Below, piece after piece: positions 27,953 through 36,511 of a DNA stretch of 64,000 nt. The DNA lies in contig JAOUFY010000001.1 in the NCBI GenBank assembly GCA_029857955.1, positions 31,929 through 95,928 on the forward strand, read 5' to 3'. Made by a program: the position numbers and the translations under genes. Numbering within the stretch: the first letter of the stretch is position 1; each line of letters starts with the position of its first letter. This stretch comes from Spirochaetia bacterium (lineage in GTDB: Bacteria > Spirochaetota > Leptospiria > Turneriellales > JAOUFE01). Below the pieces are notes generated by a model. It was not told the DNA's origin and did no database searches. It saw only the letters and a program-made list of their open reading frames with translations.

Positions 27953-29419
27953 TTATTTTATGATATCTCCCCAATAGGTTTCCCTGTGACATTTTTCACA
28001 ATTTGTTTTAAAAGTGCCGTGGTGTACATCATCTCTGGCGTGACAACTTACGCATGTTGTACTTTTTAATTTCTTAAATATTTTCTTCGAACCTTTTGAC
28101 GGATTCCATTCAGGATGGCATAATGTACAACGAACTTTTTTATGTGAAGCAATCAAAGGATATTTTGTCTTTTGATGATCAAAATGAGATTTGGTAAAAT
28201 TTTCCACTGAATGACATAATTCACAATCATGACCCAATGTTTCCTCATGTATTTTATCATCATCTTTTTTATGACATGCATAGCATGTTTTATCTTCTGT
28301 CTTTTTTTCAAATGGTATTTCTACATGGCAAGTACTGCACTGGGCTTTCTTGTGCTTGCCCTTTAGTTCATGTTTGGGGTCTTTATGAAAATCCCTGATC
28401 TTGGGCGCCAGATCTTTCCATTCGCCGGCTCCGCCGCCGTCTATATGGCAATCTTCACATTTTTTTCCATATTTACCTTTATGGCCGCCTTTTCCTTGGT
28501 CATTTTTTTCATGACATGCAAAACATGTTTTTTCATCTGCTTTTTTGGTAAAAGGCGCCGTCTCATGGCATTTTCGACAGGCGGCTTTGGCATGCTTTCC
28601 CTTTAATTTGTTTTTTGGCTCCTCGTGAAAATCCCTAACTTTGGGAACGAGGGTTTTCCATCCGCGGTTGTCCCCTGAAACAATGTGGCATTTTGAACAA
28701 TCTTTACCGTACTTTCCTTTATGACCTTTGGAACCGCTGTCGTCTTTTTCGTGGCATGAAAAACACATTAAATCACGGCTTGCGGTTTTTAAAAAAAACG
28801 AAGGCATAAGACCCGTTTTAGGCTCTTCTTTAAATTCGCTGATTGATTTATGACACTTTTCACAATCCACCCTGGCATGCTCGCCTAAAAGCGGGTAACC
28901 GGTCAGATTATGATCAAAGGAATCAGAAATGTTCTTTTTTTCCTTTAGCCATGAAAAGCCATCTTTGGTTTTTACATTATGATCATCTTTAAAATAATAT
29001 TTGTCTTTAACCGGAGTTTTAATGTTTTCATGTAAATTGTTTAATTTCCATATTTTCGAAATGTGCTCGTTAAGTTCTTTATCAGATCGCGAATCTTTAA
29101 TGATAAAATAACGTTCGCCTTTGTGATCGGTATGGCATTTAATACAGTTATCTTTTTCTTTTTCTTCCATGTTGCCATGAAAGCCTGTTTTTTCTGCGAT
29201 TGACTTTTTCACCTTTTCATGGCAATTTGAACACGCATCAGTCATGTGTACAAAAACAGTGTGGCATTTAAAACAGGAATCTTTAATTTCTTTGTGGGCG
29301 AATGTAATCGGGCCGGGAGAAAAAAATATTCCCGCATAGTTATATACAAAAGACAGGCCGGCCGCCGTCACAGGGATAACTAAAAAAAGGATAATTTTTA
29401 CGGCACGGCTTTTAAACAT
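27953..29419 (-). CDS. Membrane-anchored multiheme c-type cytochrome (about 15 CXXCH)
   Basis: 15 CXXCH motifs counted in the translation. N-terminal TM. Tandem ~80-aa heme modules. ATG at 29419 preferred because the TTG at 29479 abuts a terminator hairpin. Confidence 0.85.
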   Translation of the reverse strand: MFKSRAVKIILFLVIPVTAAGLSFVYNYAGIFFSPGPITFAHKEIKDSCFKCHTVFVHMTDACSNCHEKVKKSIAEKTGFHGNMEEKEKDNCIKCHTDHKGERYFIIKDSRSDKELNEHISKIWKLNNLHENIKTPVKDKYYFKDDHNVKTKDGFSWLKEKKNISDSFDHNLTGYPLLGEHARVDCEKCHKSISEFKEEPKTGLMPSFFLKTASRDLMCFSCHEKDDSGSKGHKGKYGKDCSKCHIVSGDNRGWKTLVPKVRDFHEEPKNKLKGKHAKAACRKCHETAPFTKKADEKTCFACHEKNDQGKGGHKGKYGKKCEDCHIDGGGAGEWKDLAPKIRDFHKDPKHELKGKHKKAQCSTCHVEIPFEKKTEDKTCYACHKKDDDKIHEETLGHDCELCHSVENFTKSHFDHQKTKYPLIASHKKVRCTLCHPEWNPSKGSKKIFKKLKSTTCVSCHARDDVHHGTFKTNCEKCHRETYWGDIIK

Positions 29420-29479
29420 GGATTTAGGTAAAAAATCATTTAACGCTGATTTCTTCAATTCATTTTTTATGAGAATCAA

Positions 29480-29527
29480 AAAAGGGGGGCTGTTATTTTA
29501 TCGAGAAATGTTTTTTACTGCCCCCCT
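29480..29527 (-). terminator. Intrinsic terminator downstream of the DegT-family gene
   Basis: GGGGGGC (29484-29490) pairs with GCCCCCC (29520-29526). On the minus strand the stem is followed by TTTTTT (29478-29483). Confidence 0.6.
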
Positions 29528-29583
29528 TGATTTCGGCCAAGAGGCCTGCATCAACCCCTCTGATAAGCCCACATTACTCGGCT

Positions 29584-29729
29584 TCAGGGGTTGTCTAACA
29601 AGTCAAAATTTGAACCGCGATGACGCAAAGAACGCAAAGGAATTAAAGAAAATGACAATAAAAATCCCTTTATTTCTTTACTTTGCGCCCTTCGCGCCTT
29701 TGCGGTAAGACTTTTTAGGCAGCCCCTGA
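29584..29729. repeat. MITE-like GC-rich element with imperfect terminal inverted repeats
   Basis: TCAGGGGTTGTCTAA (29584-29598) versus TTAGGCAGCCCCTGA (29715-29729). Internal CGCAAAG/CTTTGCG inverted motifs. The terminal motif resembles 38851 and 52463. Confidence 0.55.
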
Positions 29730-29745
29730 AATTTAAAATACAATA

Positions 29746-30882
29746 TCAGTAATAACCTTTTATGGAAGCCATGATGCGTTCAATACTGATTCGTCCAAGA
29801 CTTGCATAAACAGGCAACAACAAACCTCGTTCAAACAAACGTGTTGTGTTTGGAAAATCCAATGGACTTAAACCAAGATTATCATGCAATGGACCGTAGG
29901 GGATAGTTCGAGCAGTGTCAATCTGAAGCGAGTTAAAATACTTTTGAATGTGTTCCAATGGTTTTTGAGAGACGACAGCAAAAGCGCCAAATGTATCAAT
30001 TTTGGGCTGTTTAAAGTAAGTTTCGAGTCCCGAGTTTTGGCGAATCACCTCAAGGTATTTTTCTCCGATTTTTCGTTTTCTCTCTAAAATTGCGTTTAAG
30101 TGCCCGAGTTGTTCAAGCCCCATCGCCGCCTGGTAATCTGCAATTCCATAATCAAATCGCGGACGGTAAATTTTACTTCCGCCGTGCATTCTGCGGTCTT
30201 TAAGTATGGAATATACCGTTTTATTGTTTGTTAAAATCATTGCGCCCTTGCCAATGGTCATCAGCATGTCTTCATGAAGCCCTGCAATAGAAAGATCAGA
30301 GTCAAGTCCTGCATAATGACCGTTATTTTCAGCGCCAATTATGTATGAAATATCTTCAATAATAAACAATTTATTTTTTCTGGACTTGTTTAGTTCTTCA
30401 ACAGAGTTTTTAATGCCCTGGTAGTCGTTAAACGATCCATAGGGATATGAAAGTACAATGATTTTTGTTTTATCGTTAATTTTATTTAATATACTTTCAT
30501 CTGAAGGATGAAAGCTGTTTTTTTGAATATCCACCAGTACCGGTTTTGCATCGACTTGGTAAATAGCGTCAAGAGCCGCCAGAGATGAATTTGAAGAAAG
30601 AATTATCTCATGTTCCGTTGTTACCTCAAAAGAAAGAAAACTTAAATGGTATGCCGATGTTAAAGAAATCGTCGACAATGCATATTGCATTTCAAATGTA
30701 TCAGCAAACTCCTTTTCATAGGTTCTTGCAGTTTGGCCATATGAAATTTCATCTGAAATCATAGATTCCAGAACGGATTTTATATCGCCTTTACTGATCG
30801 TTGGTTTTAGATACGCAATTCCGGTTTCTCTTTTGTCATGACGTTCTTGACCATCATAGCTATTCGTTAAGTTGCCTTCCAT
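29746..30882 (-). CDS. DegT/DnrJ/EryC1/StrS-family PLP-dependent sugar aminotransferase
   Basis: N-terminal IAYLKPTISKGD...YGQTARTYEKEFADTF pattern and overall family resemblance. Start uncertain (30882, 30894 or 30909; ORF track 31017). Confidence 0.75.
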   Translation of the reverse strand: MEGNLTNSYDGQERHDKRETGIAYLKPTISKGDIKSVLESMISDEISYGQTARTYEKEFADTFEMQYALSTISLTSAYHLSFLSFEVTTEHEIILSSNSSLAALDAIYQVDAKPVLVDIQKNSFHPSDESILNKINDKTKIIVLSYPYGSFNDYQGIKNSVEELNKSRKNKLFIIEDISYIIGAENNGHYAGLDSDLSIAGLHEDMLMTIGKGAMILTNNKTVYSILKDRRMHGGSKIYRPRFDYGIADYQAAMGLEQLGHLNAILERKRKIGEKYLEVIRQNSGLETYFKQPKIDTFGAFAVVSQKPLEHIQKYFNSLQIDTARTIPYGPLHDNLGLSPLDFPNTTRLFERGLLLPVYASLGRISIERIMASIKGYY

Positions 30883-31150
30883 ATTATGTCCCATATACAG
30901 ATGTGACATAATGACGACAAGCGTTTTTTGAGTTTTACAGACTCCCGTCATAAAAAATATTATTTGCATGGTATACAGCATAAATATGTGAAAAATAAGG
31001 ATAATCGGTTGATGCATTAAAATTCAAGAAGAAATCCATACGAATTAAACTCATATTACCCAACTGCACGGCATTTGTCTTAAATAAAACCATTTTCAAA
31101 ATATAGTATGTAAATTGTATTCAGTTCACCCAGGAGTCGATAATAAATGT

Positions 31151-31690
31151 ATGAAGGTTTTTGCATGGTTGTGTATAATTTTTATGCCCTGGGCCTACAT
31201 ATATGCAAAACCGAAATGTTCTCTTGATTTTATCAGTTCAGAAAAAGATATTTTAAAAAGTTATGCAATGATTCAAAAAAAAACATCGAGCTGTGATATT
31301 AAAGCCGAAGATTACCTTGCTTTTACAAAACGTGCATTTCTGGCTGAACAATATGCAATAGCCATCTGGTCATCAAACGAAGGTATAGCTCAATCCATTA
31401 AAGACACAGAAACAAATATCGAATTAAATTATTTTTTAGGAATTTCTCTTATTGAGAAAAATCGATTTGAAGAATCAATCAAAACTCTTAAAGCTATAGT
31501 ATTTAATTCGAAATGGCAAAGTATAGAAGACGACTTGGTTCAAAGATCTCATCTTGCTCTTATAGATGCATACTACAAAAAAAATAATACCAGCGATGAA
31601 AATGTCAAATATCTGATACGTTTATTTAAAAACAGATATTCATCCAGCAGTTATCTGTTTACCCTTCGCTCATGGAATGCCAACAAATAG
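31151..31690 (+). CDS. Secreted hypothetical protein, TPR-like
   Basis: Signal peptide MKVFAWLCIIFMPWAYIYA after an AGGAG motif. No catalytic motif. Confidence 0.45.
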   Translation: MKVFAWLCIIFMPWAYIYAKPKCSLDFISSEKDILKSYAMIQKKTSSCDIKAEDYLAFTKRAFLAEQYAIAIWSSNEGIAQSIKDTETNIELNYFLGISLIEKNRFEESIKTLKAIVFNSKWQSIEDDLVQRSHLALIDAYYKKNNTSDENVKYLIRLFKNRYSSSSYLFTLRSWNANK

Positions 31691-31779
31691 AAAAAATATG
31701 CGTCTTTTTGGCCCCACATTTAGCAAGTATTTATAAATAATGACTATACGTATTATATCAAATTAGAACTTTTGATTAC

Positions 31780-32187
31780 ATGGCTTTATTTGAATGGCGA
31801 AATAATTACACTGTCAATGTGGCTAAATTTGATAACGCTCATAAAAAAATAATTGATTTAATGAATGAACTGCATGATATTATAAAATTAAAAAAAGATT
31901 CTCACTCCTTTGAAAAAGTTTTAAATGAACTTTACGGTTATACAAAAACACATTTTAATGATGAATTAATTTTAATGGAACAACTTGGTTATGCAGATGC
32001 CGGAGATCATAAACATGAACATGAAAAGTTTATATTACAATTAGATGACATTAAACATAAACTTGAAAACTCTTCAAATCTCTTGAACGTTCAATTGTTA
32101 TACATTCTAAAAGACTGGCTTATCACACATATCATGGGAACCGACAAAAAATATAGCGAGTTTTTTAACAAAAATGGAATTCAATAA
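31780..32187 (+). CDS. Bacteriohemerythrin
   Basis: FEWRNNYTVNV..FDNAHKKIIDLMN, HFNDEL, HKHEHEKF and WLITHIMGTDKKY His/Asp/Glu iron ligand pattern. Confidence 0.85.
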   Translation: MALFEWRNNYTVNVAKFDNAHKKIIDLMNELHDIIKLKKDSHSFEKVLNELYGYTKTHFNDELILMEQLGYADAGDHKHEHEKFILQLDDIKHKLENSSNLLNVQLLYILKDWLITHIMGTDKKYSEFFNKNGIQ

Positions 32188-32205
32188 CTACTGAATATAG
32201 TTATT
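32183..32205. terminator. Weak AT-rich hairpin between the convergent hemerythrin genes
   Basis: AATAACTA-ctgaata-TAGTTATT, an 8-bp stem overlapping the stop codon of the plus-strand gene. Confidence 0.3.
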
Positions 32206-32218
32206 GAAATTTAATCTT

Positions 32219-32626
32219 TTAGTCTTTACGGTTAAAGTAAGGCACATACTGTCTGTCTGTACCCTGGATATGATTTACCAGCCAGTCTTTAAGAAAACCC
32301 ATCATCTCTTCAGGAAGGGTTGTGCTTCCTTCACGAAATGCGGCTTGAAATTCCATAGCTTTTTCAACAAAGGCATCATGTTGTGCTTTATGTGTTTTAT
32401 AATCTGAATAATTTGTTTTTATCATTTTCATTTCTTCAGTTACAAAGTGAAAATTTACATAGCGTAACATTCCGTCGACAATCTTTTTTAATCGCTTTTC
32501 GTCTCGAGTTCCCGAATTGACTGTATCATAAACATCATTTAAAATTTCTATAAGCACTTTATGCTGCTCGTCAATTTCGTCAATTCCAAGCGCCAGATCA
32601 TTGCTCCAAGTAATCCATTTACCCAT
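32219..32626 (-). CDS. Bacteriohemerythrin
   Basis: ITWSNDLALGIDEIDEQHKVLIEILN, HFVTEE, HKAQHDAF and WLVNHIQGTDRQY ligand pattern. Confidence 0.85.
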   Translation of the reverse strand: MGKWITWSNDLALGIDEIDEQHKVLIEILNDVYDTVNSGTRDEKRLKKIVDGMLRYVNFHFVTEEMKMIKTNYSDYKTHKAQHDAFVEKAMEFQAAFREGSTTLPEEMMGFLKDWLVNHIQGTDRQYVPYFNRKD

Positions 32627-32970
32627 ATAAAATACCTTTTCCTGTTATCGCTTCATTTTTCATGATTACGAAAATTTATATCCGTTTACAGAACTCACTT
32701 TTTTATCAAAACGTGATATTCAACCACCTGTAACATGTATTGGTTTTATCAAACCAAAGTACATATATTCTCTAATTTCGGTATCATCAGGTGATGAACA
32801 TAACTTTCATACCCGATTTATTTAAAAACAACCCCGATTATCAGACTTTGATTCTCATTTTTCCAGCAATCTGCCCAATACATATCATATCCATATCTAT
32901 TAAATAGAATGGATTTCATACATTACTGTAACCCTTATTTTATTAAGCACTCTGTCAACTTAAATTTAGA

Positions 32971-34074
32971 TTACTTTATCTCCCACCCTAGCTGAAAAAT
33001 AGATTTACTGTTTTCTTTGGGTTCCATATGATTGTAAGCCATCAATTTACCCAAAGGAGATAAAAAATATACTTTTCCGCTGGCATCTGCCGATAAAACG
33101 CTTGCCCAAAACGATAGCTTGTTTTCTTTTTCCTGATTAACATAAACGAGTCTGTTATCTTCAACAAAATAATACTCTTTATCGCTGATAAACACAGCAT
33201 CTTTCCAATATCGAATTGGAAAAGTTTTATACTGTTCATAAGCGGCAGAGCTCGCATTAAAAAAATTTACTTGATGCGCATTGGCTCCTCCGGTTATTAA
33301 ACCGGGGTTATCAGAACCTGGAAGAAAATATATTTTACCAAATGCTCCGTCTTTACTGATTAAATTCATTTTTCTGTCTTTTACATAAAACAAATGATAC
33401 AATCCCATAGAACCGTATGTAAAATAAAGAATATTTCCAGGACTAAACTGAAAAGATCCTCTGGCAGGAATATTTTTCATAGGGGGTTTTAGATCATCAA
33501 TAATGTATTTTTCATCAAGCTTGTCTGCTTTTAAATCATATGACATCACGATGTTGTTTGAATCCGTAAAAATAACCTGTCCGGCATCGGAAACTCCGGC
33601 ATTTTCTGAACATGAAACGCTTCTTGAAAAAGAAAGCTGTTCTTTTTTTTGTAAATCCCACAGTTCCAGCCTACAAATGTCAGGAGCATCTTCTATGTTA
33701 ATAATTGAATAAATTCCATTGGGCGACAACCCTACATTGCGAATAAAACCCTTTACCCGTCTTGTCCAATCGTCTTCTTTTGCGACTTCATAAACTGTAA
33801 AATATGCCTTTGATTTTGAAGGCTGATTTTCAGCCAATACCAATTTATTGCGATTTGCGGAAAAATAAAGACTTGAATAATTATGTCGTCGGCCAACGGG
33901 ATAAAATTCATCATCCAACGATTCTTCAAAGGCCATCTGAAGGTATTCAATGGCCTTGGCGCTATTTTCTTTCTGAAGTTCTTTTCTTGCCTTATTTTTA
34001 TATCTCTCCACAGATGGAGTGCAATTTGCAATAAAAAGTAAAATATAAAAAATCGAAATAAATATTTTTTTCAT
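32971..34074 (-). CDS. Putative lipoprotein, repeat/beta-rich, unknown function
   Basis: Signal peptide ending LLFIANC (Asn at -1 of the lipobox). Begins 12 nt after the ilvN stop. Confidence 0.45.
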   Translation of the reverse strand: MKKIFISIFYILLFIANCTPSVERYKNKARKELQKENSAKAIEYLQMAFEESLDDEFYPVGRRHNYSSLYFSANRNKLVLAENQPSKSKAYFTVYEVAKEDDWTRRVKGFIRNVGLSPNGIYSIINIEDAPDICRLELWDLQKKEQLSFSRSVSCSENAGVSDAGQVIFTDSNNIVMSYDLKADKLDEKYIIDDLKPPMKNIPARGSFQFSPGNILYFTYGSMGLYHLFYVKDRKMNLISKDGAFGKIYFLPGSDNPGLITGGANAHQVNFFNASSAAYEQYKTFPIRYWKDAVFISDKEYYFVEDNRLVYVNQEKENKLSFWASVLSADASGKVYFLSPLGKLMAYNHMEPKENSKSIFQLGWEIK

Positions 34075-34086
34075 AGAAATTTTCTG

Positions 34087-34572
34087 TTATTCATCTGCTG
34101 AAAAGCAGGGAAGAGCAATACTGCCTGATCGCGCAATCTTGATAATACCATATTCTGCAATGATCTTTATAAAAGATCGTATTTTTCTCGGCTCTGCGAT
34201 CAATTCAATCATAATCGCCATTCCTGACATATCAACAATTCTTGCTTGAAAAACATCTACCAGACTCAGTATCTCTTCACGCTTGCTTCTTTCTAATTGT
34301 ATAGTCGCTAAAACAAGTTCACGTTCAATGGATGGATGATCTGTTAAATCTTCAATTTTAATTACGTCAACGAGTTTATACAACTGCCTCTCTATCTGAC
34401 TTACCATTTTATCATCTTCATCAACCACTAAAGTAATGATAGATCTTTCATTCTGATGTGTCTCTGCTACGCATAGCGATTCTATGTTATAGCCTCTCCT
34501 GGTAAAAAGACTGGCAACGTGGCTTAATACTCCTGAGCTATTATTTACCAGTACCGATAAAATATGCTTCAT
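34087..34572 (-). CDS. ilvN: Acetolactate synthase small (regulatory) subunit
   Basis: ACT-domain start LSVLVNNSSGVLSHVASLFTRRGYNIESL. 4-nt overlap with the large subunit gene. Confidence 0.85.
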   Translation of the reverse strand: MKHILSVLVNNSSGVLSHVASLFTRRGYNIESLCVAETHQNERSIITLVVDEDDKMVSQIERQLYKLVDVIKIEDLTDHPSIERELVLATIQLERSKREEILSLVDVFQARIVDMSGMAIMIELIAEPRKIRSFIKIIAEYGIIKIARSGSIALPCFSADE

Positions 34573-36362
34573 TTTGACACCTGCTTAACTCTGTGCTTAT
34601 GCGGAACGACTGAGAACAAATCGCCAACTTCGGATGTAGTTTCAAATTCAATCATATCTTCATACCGATGACCGGCGGCAATCATGGGGTACACCTTTTC
34701 TGTTTCAGGTATCATAACCTCAAGCAGACAAACATCTTTGGTATTTAACAGAAAATCAATACCGCCGTCAATTTCGTCTGGATGTGAAATTTTCCTGGAA
34801 ATAATTCCATAGGCATCTGCTATCTTGCAAAAATCAGGATTAAAGTTTTGCAAGGTTGAATGAGAAAATCTCTCTCCATAAAATAATTCCTGCCATTGCC
34901 GAACCATGCCTAAAAAGCCATTATGAAACAACAAAATTTTAACAGGTATATTGTACATTTTAGCCGTAGCCAGCTCCTGAATGTTCATCTGGATAGAACC
35001 GTCTCCGGTAATTAAAATAACATCATCGTCAGGACGTCCATACTTGGCTCCGATAGCTGCAGGCAGACCAAATCCCATAGAACCAAGACCTCCTGAAGTC
35101 AACCAGTTGCGGGGTTTATTTATCGCATAGTATTGAGATGCCCACATCTGGTGCTGCCCTACATCGGTAACAATAAGCGCATTACCTGATGTTCTTTCAC
35201 TTAACTTATGTATAAAATATTGAGGTTTAATTTGATCTTTTACAAGGTTAAATTTTAACGGATTTTTTATTTTAAGCTCTTTTATATGATCTGCCCAAAG
35301 ACTTTCTTTTACTTCTTCTAATCCAGCAAACAGCAATTCTAAAACATCCGTTAAATCGCCTGCAATATGAACGTCAACGTCGACTCTTTTACCAATCTCG
35401 GCATTATCGATGTCTACCTGAGCGCGTATCGCCTGTGAAGCAAATTCACTGACGTTTAATGCGACACGATCGTCAAATCTGGCACCTAAAGCTACAATTA
35501 AATCACATTCCATGACGGCTTTATTTGCATAAGCTGTTCCATGCATTCCCAACATTCCTAAAAATAAATCATGCTCCCCGGGAAAAGCGCCAAGCCCCAT
35601 AAGCGTTGAAGTTACAGGAATTTTTGCTTTTTCAGCCAGCTTTAACAACAAAGCCGAAGTCTCAGATGAAATCACTCCTCCGCCGATATAAAACAAGGGC
35701 CGTTTAGACTTATTGATTACATCGATAAGCTTTTTTACATCGCCTGATAAACCGGCTTTTTTATAGTGAATATCTGGTATTCGTAAATCATCATAGTGAT
35801 AATGTACATTGGAAGAAGAAGCCGCCTGAACATCTTTTGGCATATCAATTAAAACCGGTCCCTGACGTCCGGCCATGGCAACTGTAATGGCTTCTTTCGT
35901 TGTTCGCGCAACTTCATCAACATTTTTTACAAGAGCATTGTATTTGGTAATAGGAATACTCATTCCATAGGTATCAGCTTCCTGAAAAGCATCTGTTCCA
36001 ATATCTTTAGTGGCAACCTGACCGGTAATGAATAAAACAGGAATAGAATCCATTTTTGCATCGGCGATTCCGGTTAATAAATTTGTAGCCCCCGGGCCAG
36101 AGGTGGAAACAGCAACGCCAAGTTTTCCCGTTGCACGCGCATACCCTTCTGCTGCAAAAGCAGCGCCCTGTTCATGGCGTACCAGTATATGTTCAATCCT
36201 GGAATGATAAACCTCATCGTAAAAAGGCAAAATTGCCCCGCCTGGATATCCCCAACAGACAGTCACTTCATTGGCTAAAAGTGTATCTAATAATATTTTT
36301 GACCCTGTCTTGGAGGTTGTCTCCGTTTTACCAGGTTTTTTTGTTTCTTCCATGTCGATCAT
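34569..36362 (-). CDS. ilvB: Acetolactate synthase large (catalytic) subunit
   Basis: ThDP enzyme motifs: GYPGGAILPFYD, TSGPGATNL, and GGLGSMGFGLPAAIGA...GDGSIQMNIQEL. Confidence 0.9.
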   Translation of the reverse strand: MIDMEETKKPGKTETTSKTGSKILLDTLLANEVTVCWGYPGGAILPFYDEVYHSRIEHILVRHEQGAAFAAEGYARATGKLGVAVSTSGPGATNLLTGIADAKMDSIPVLFITGQVATKDIGTDAFQEADTYGMSIPITKYNALVKNVDEVARTTKEAITVAMAGRQGPVLIDMPKDVQAASSSNVHYHYDDLRIPDIHYKKAGLSGDVKKLIDVINKSKRPLFYIGGGVISSETSALLLKLAEKAKIPVTSTLMGLGAFPGEHDLFLGMLGMHGTAYANKAVMECDLIVALGARFDDRVALNVSEFASQAIRAQVDIDNAEIGKRVDVDVHIAGDLTDVLELLFAGLEEVKESLWADHIKELKIKNPLKFNLVKDQIKPQYFIHKLSERTSGNALIVTDVGQHQMWASQYYAINKPRNWLTSGGLGSMGFGLPAAIGAKYGRPDDDVILITGDGSIQMNIQELATAKMYNIPVKILLFHNGFLGMVRQWQELFYGERFSHSTLQNFNPDFCKIADAYGIISRKISHPDEIDGGIDFLLNTKDVCLLEVMIPETEKVYPMIAAGHRYEDMIEFETTSEVGDLFSVVPHKHRVKQVSK

Positions 36363-36511
36363 CGCTTAATTAATATAATTTAATATATGCCATTTCGTAA
36401 AATTGGAATAAGCATGTCAAGGAAATTGTAATATTGATGTAGAGATATTAGACAAATGCCCGTTTAAAACTACAATCATTGTTTACCCAATTTTTTTCCA
36501 AGTTGCATACA

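Noticed and set aside
29418-29708. A 96-aa plus-strand ORF ending in FAPFAPLR.
   Set aside because: It is a read-through of the GC-rich repeat and terminator region and overlaps the cytochrome gene start on the opposite strand. It has no coding signature.
32627-32970. A 344-bp ORF-free gap after the second hemerythrin gene, considered as a possible ncRNA or riboswitch.
   Set aside because: I could find no conserved-looking stem-loops, repeats or known riboswitch motifs by eye. It is AT-rich spacer that probably carries promoters.
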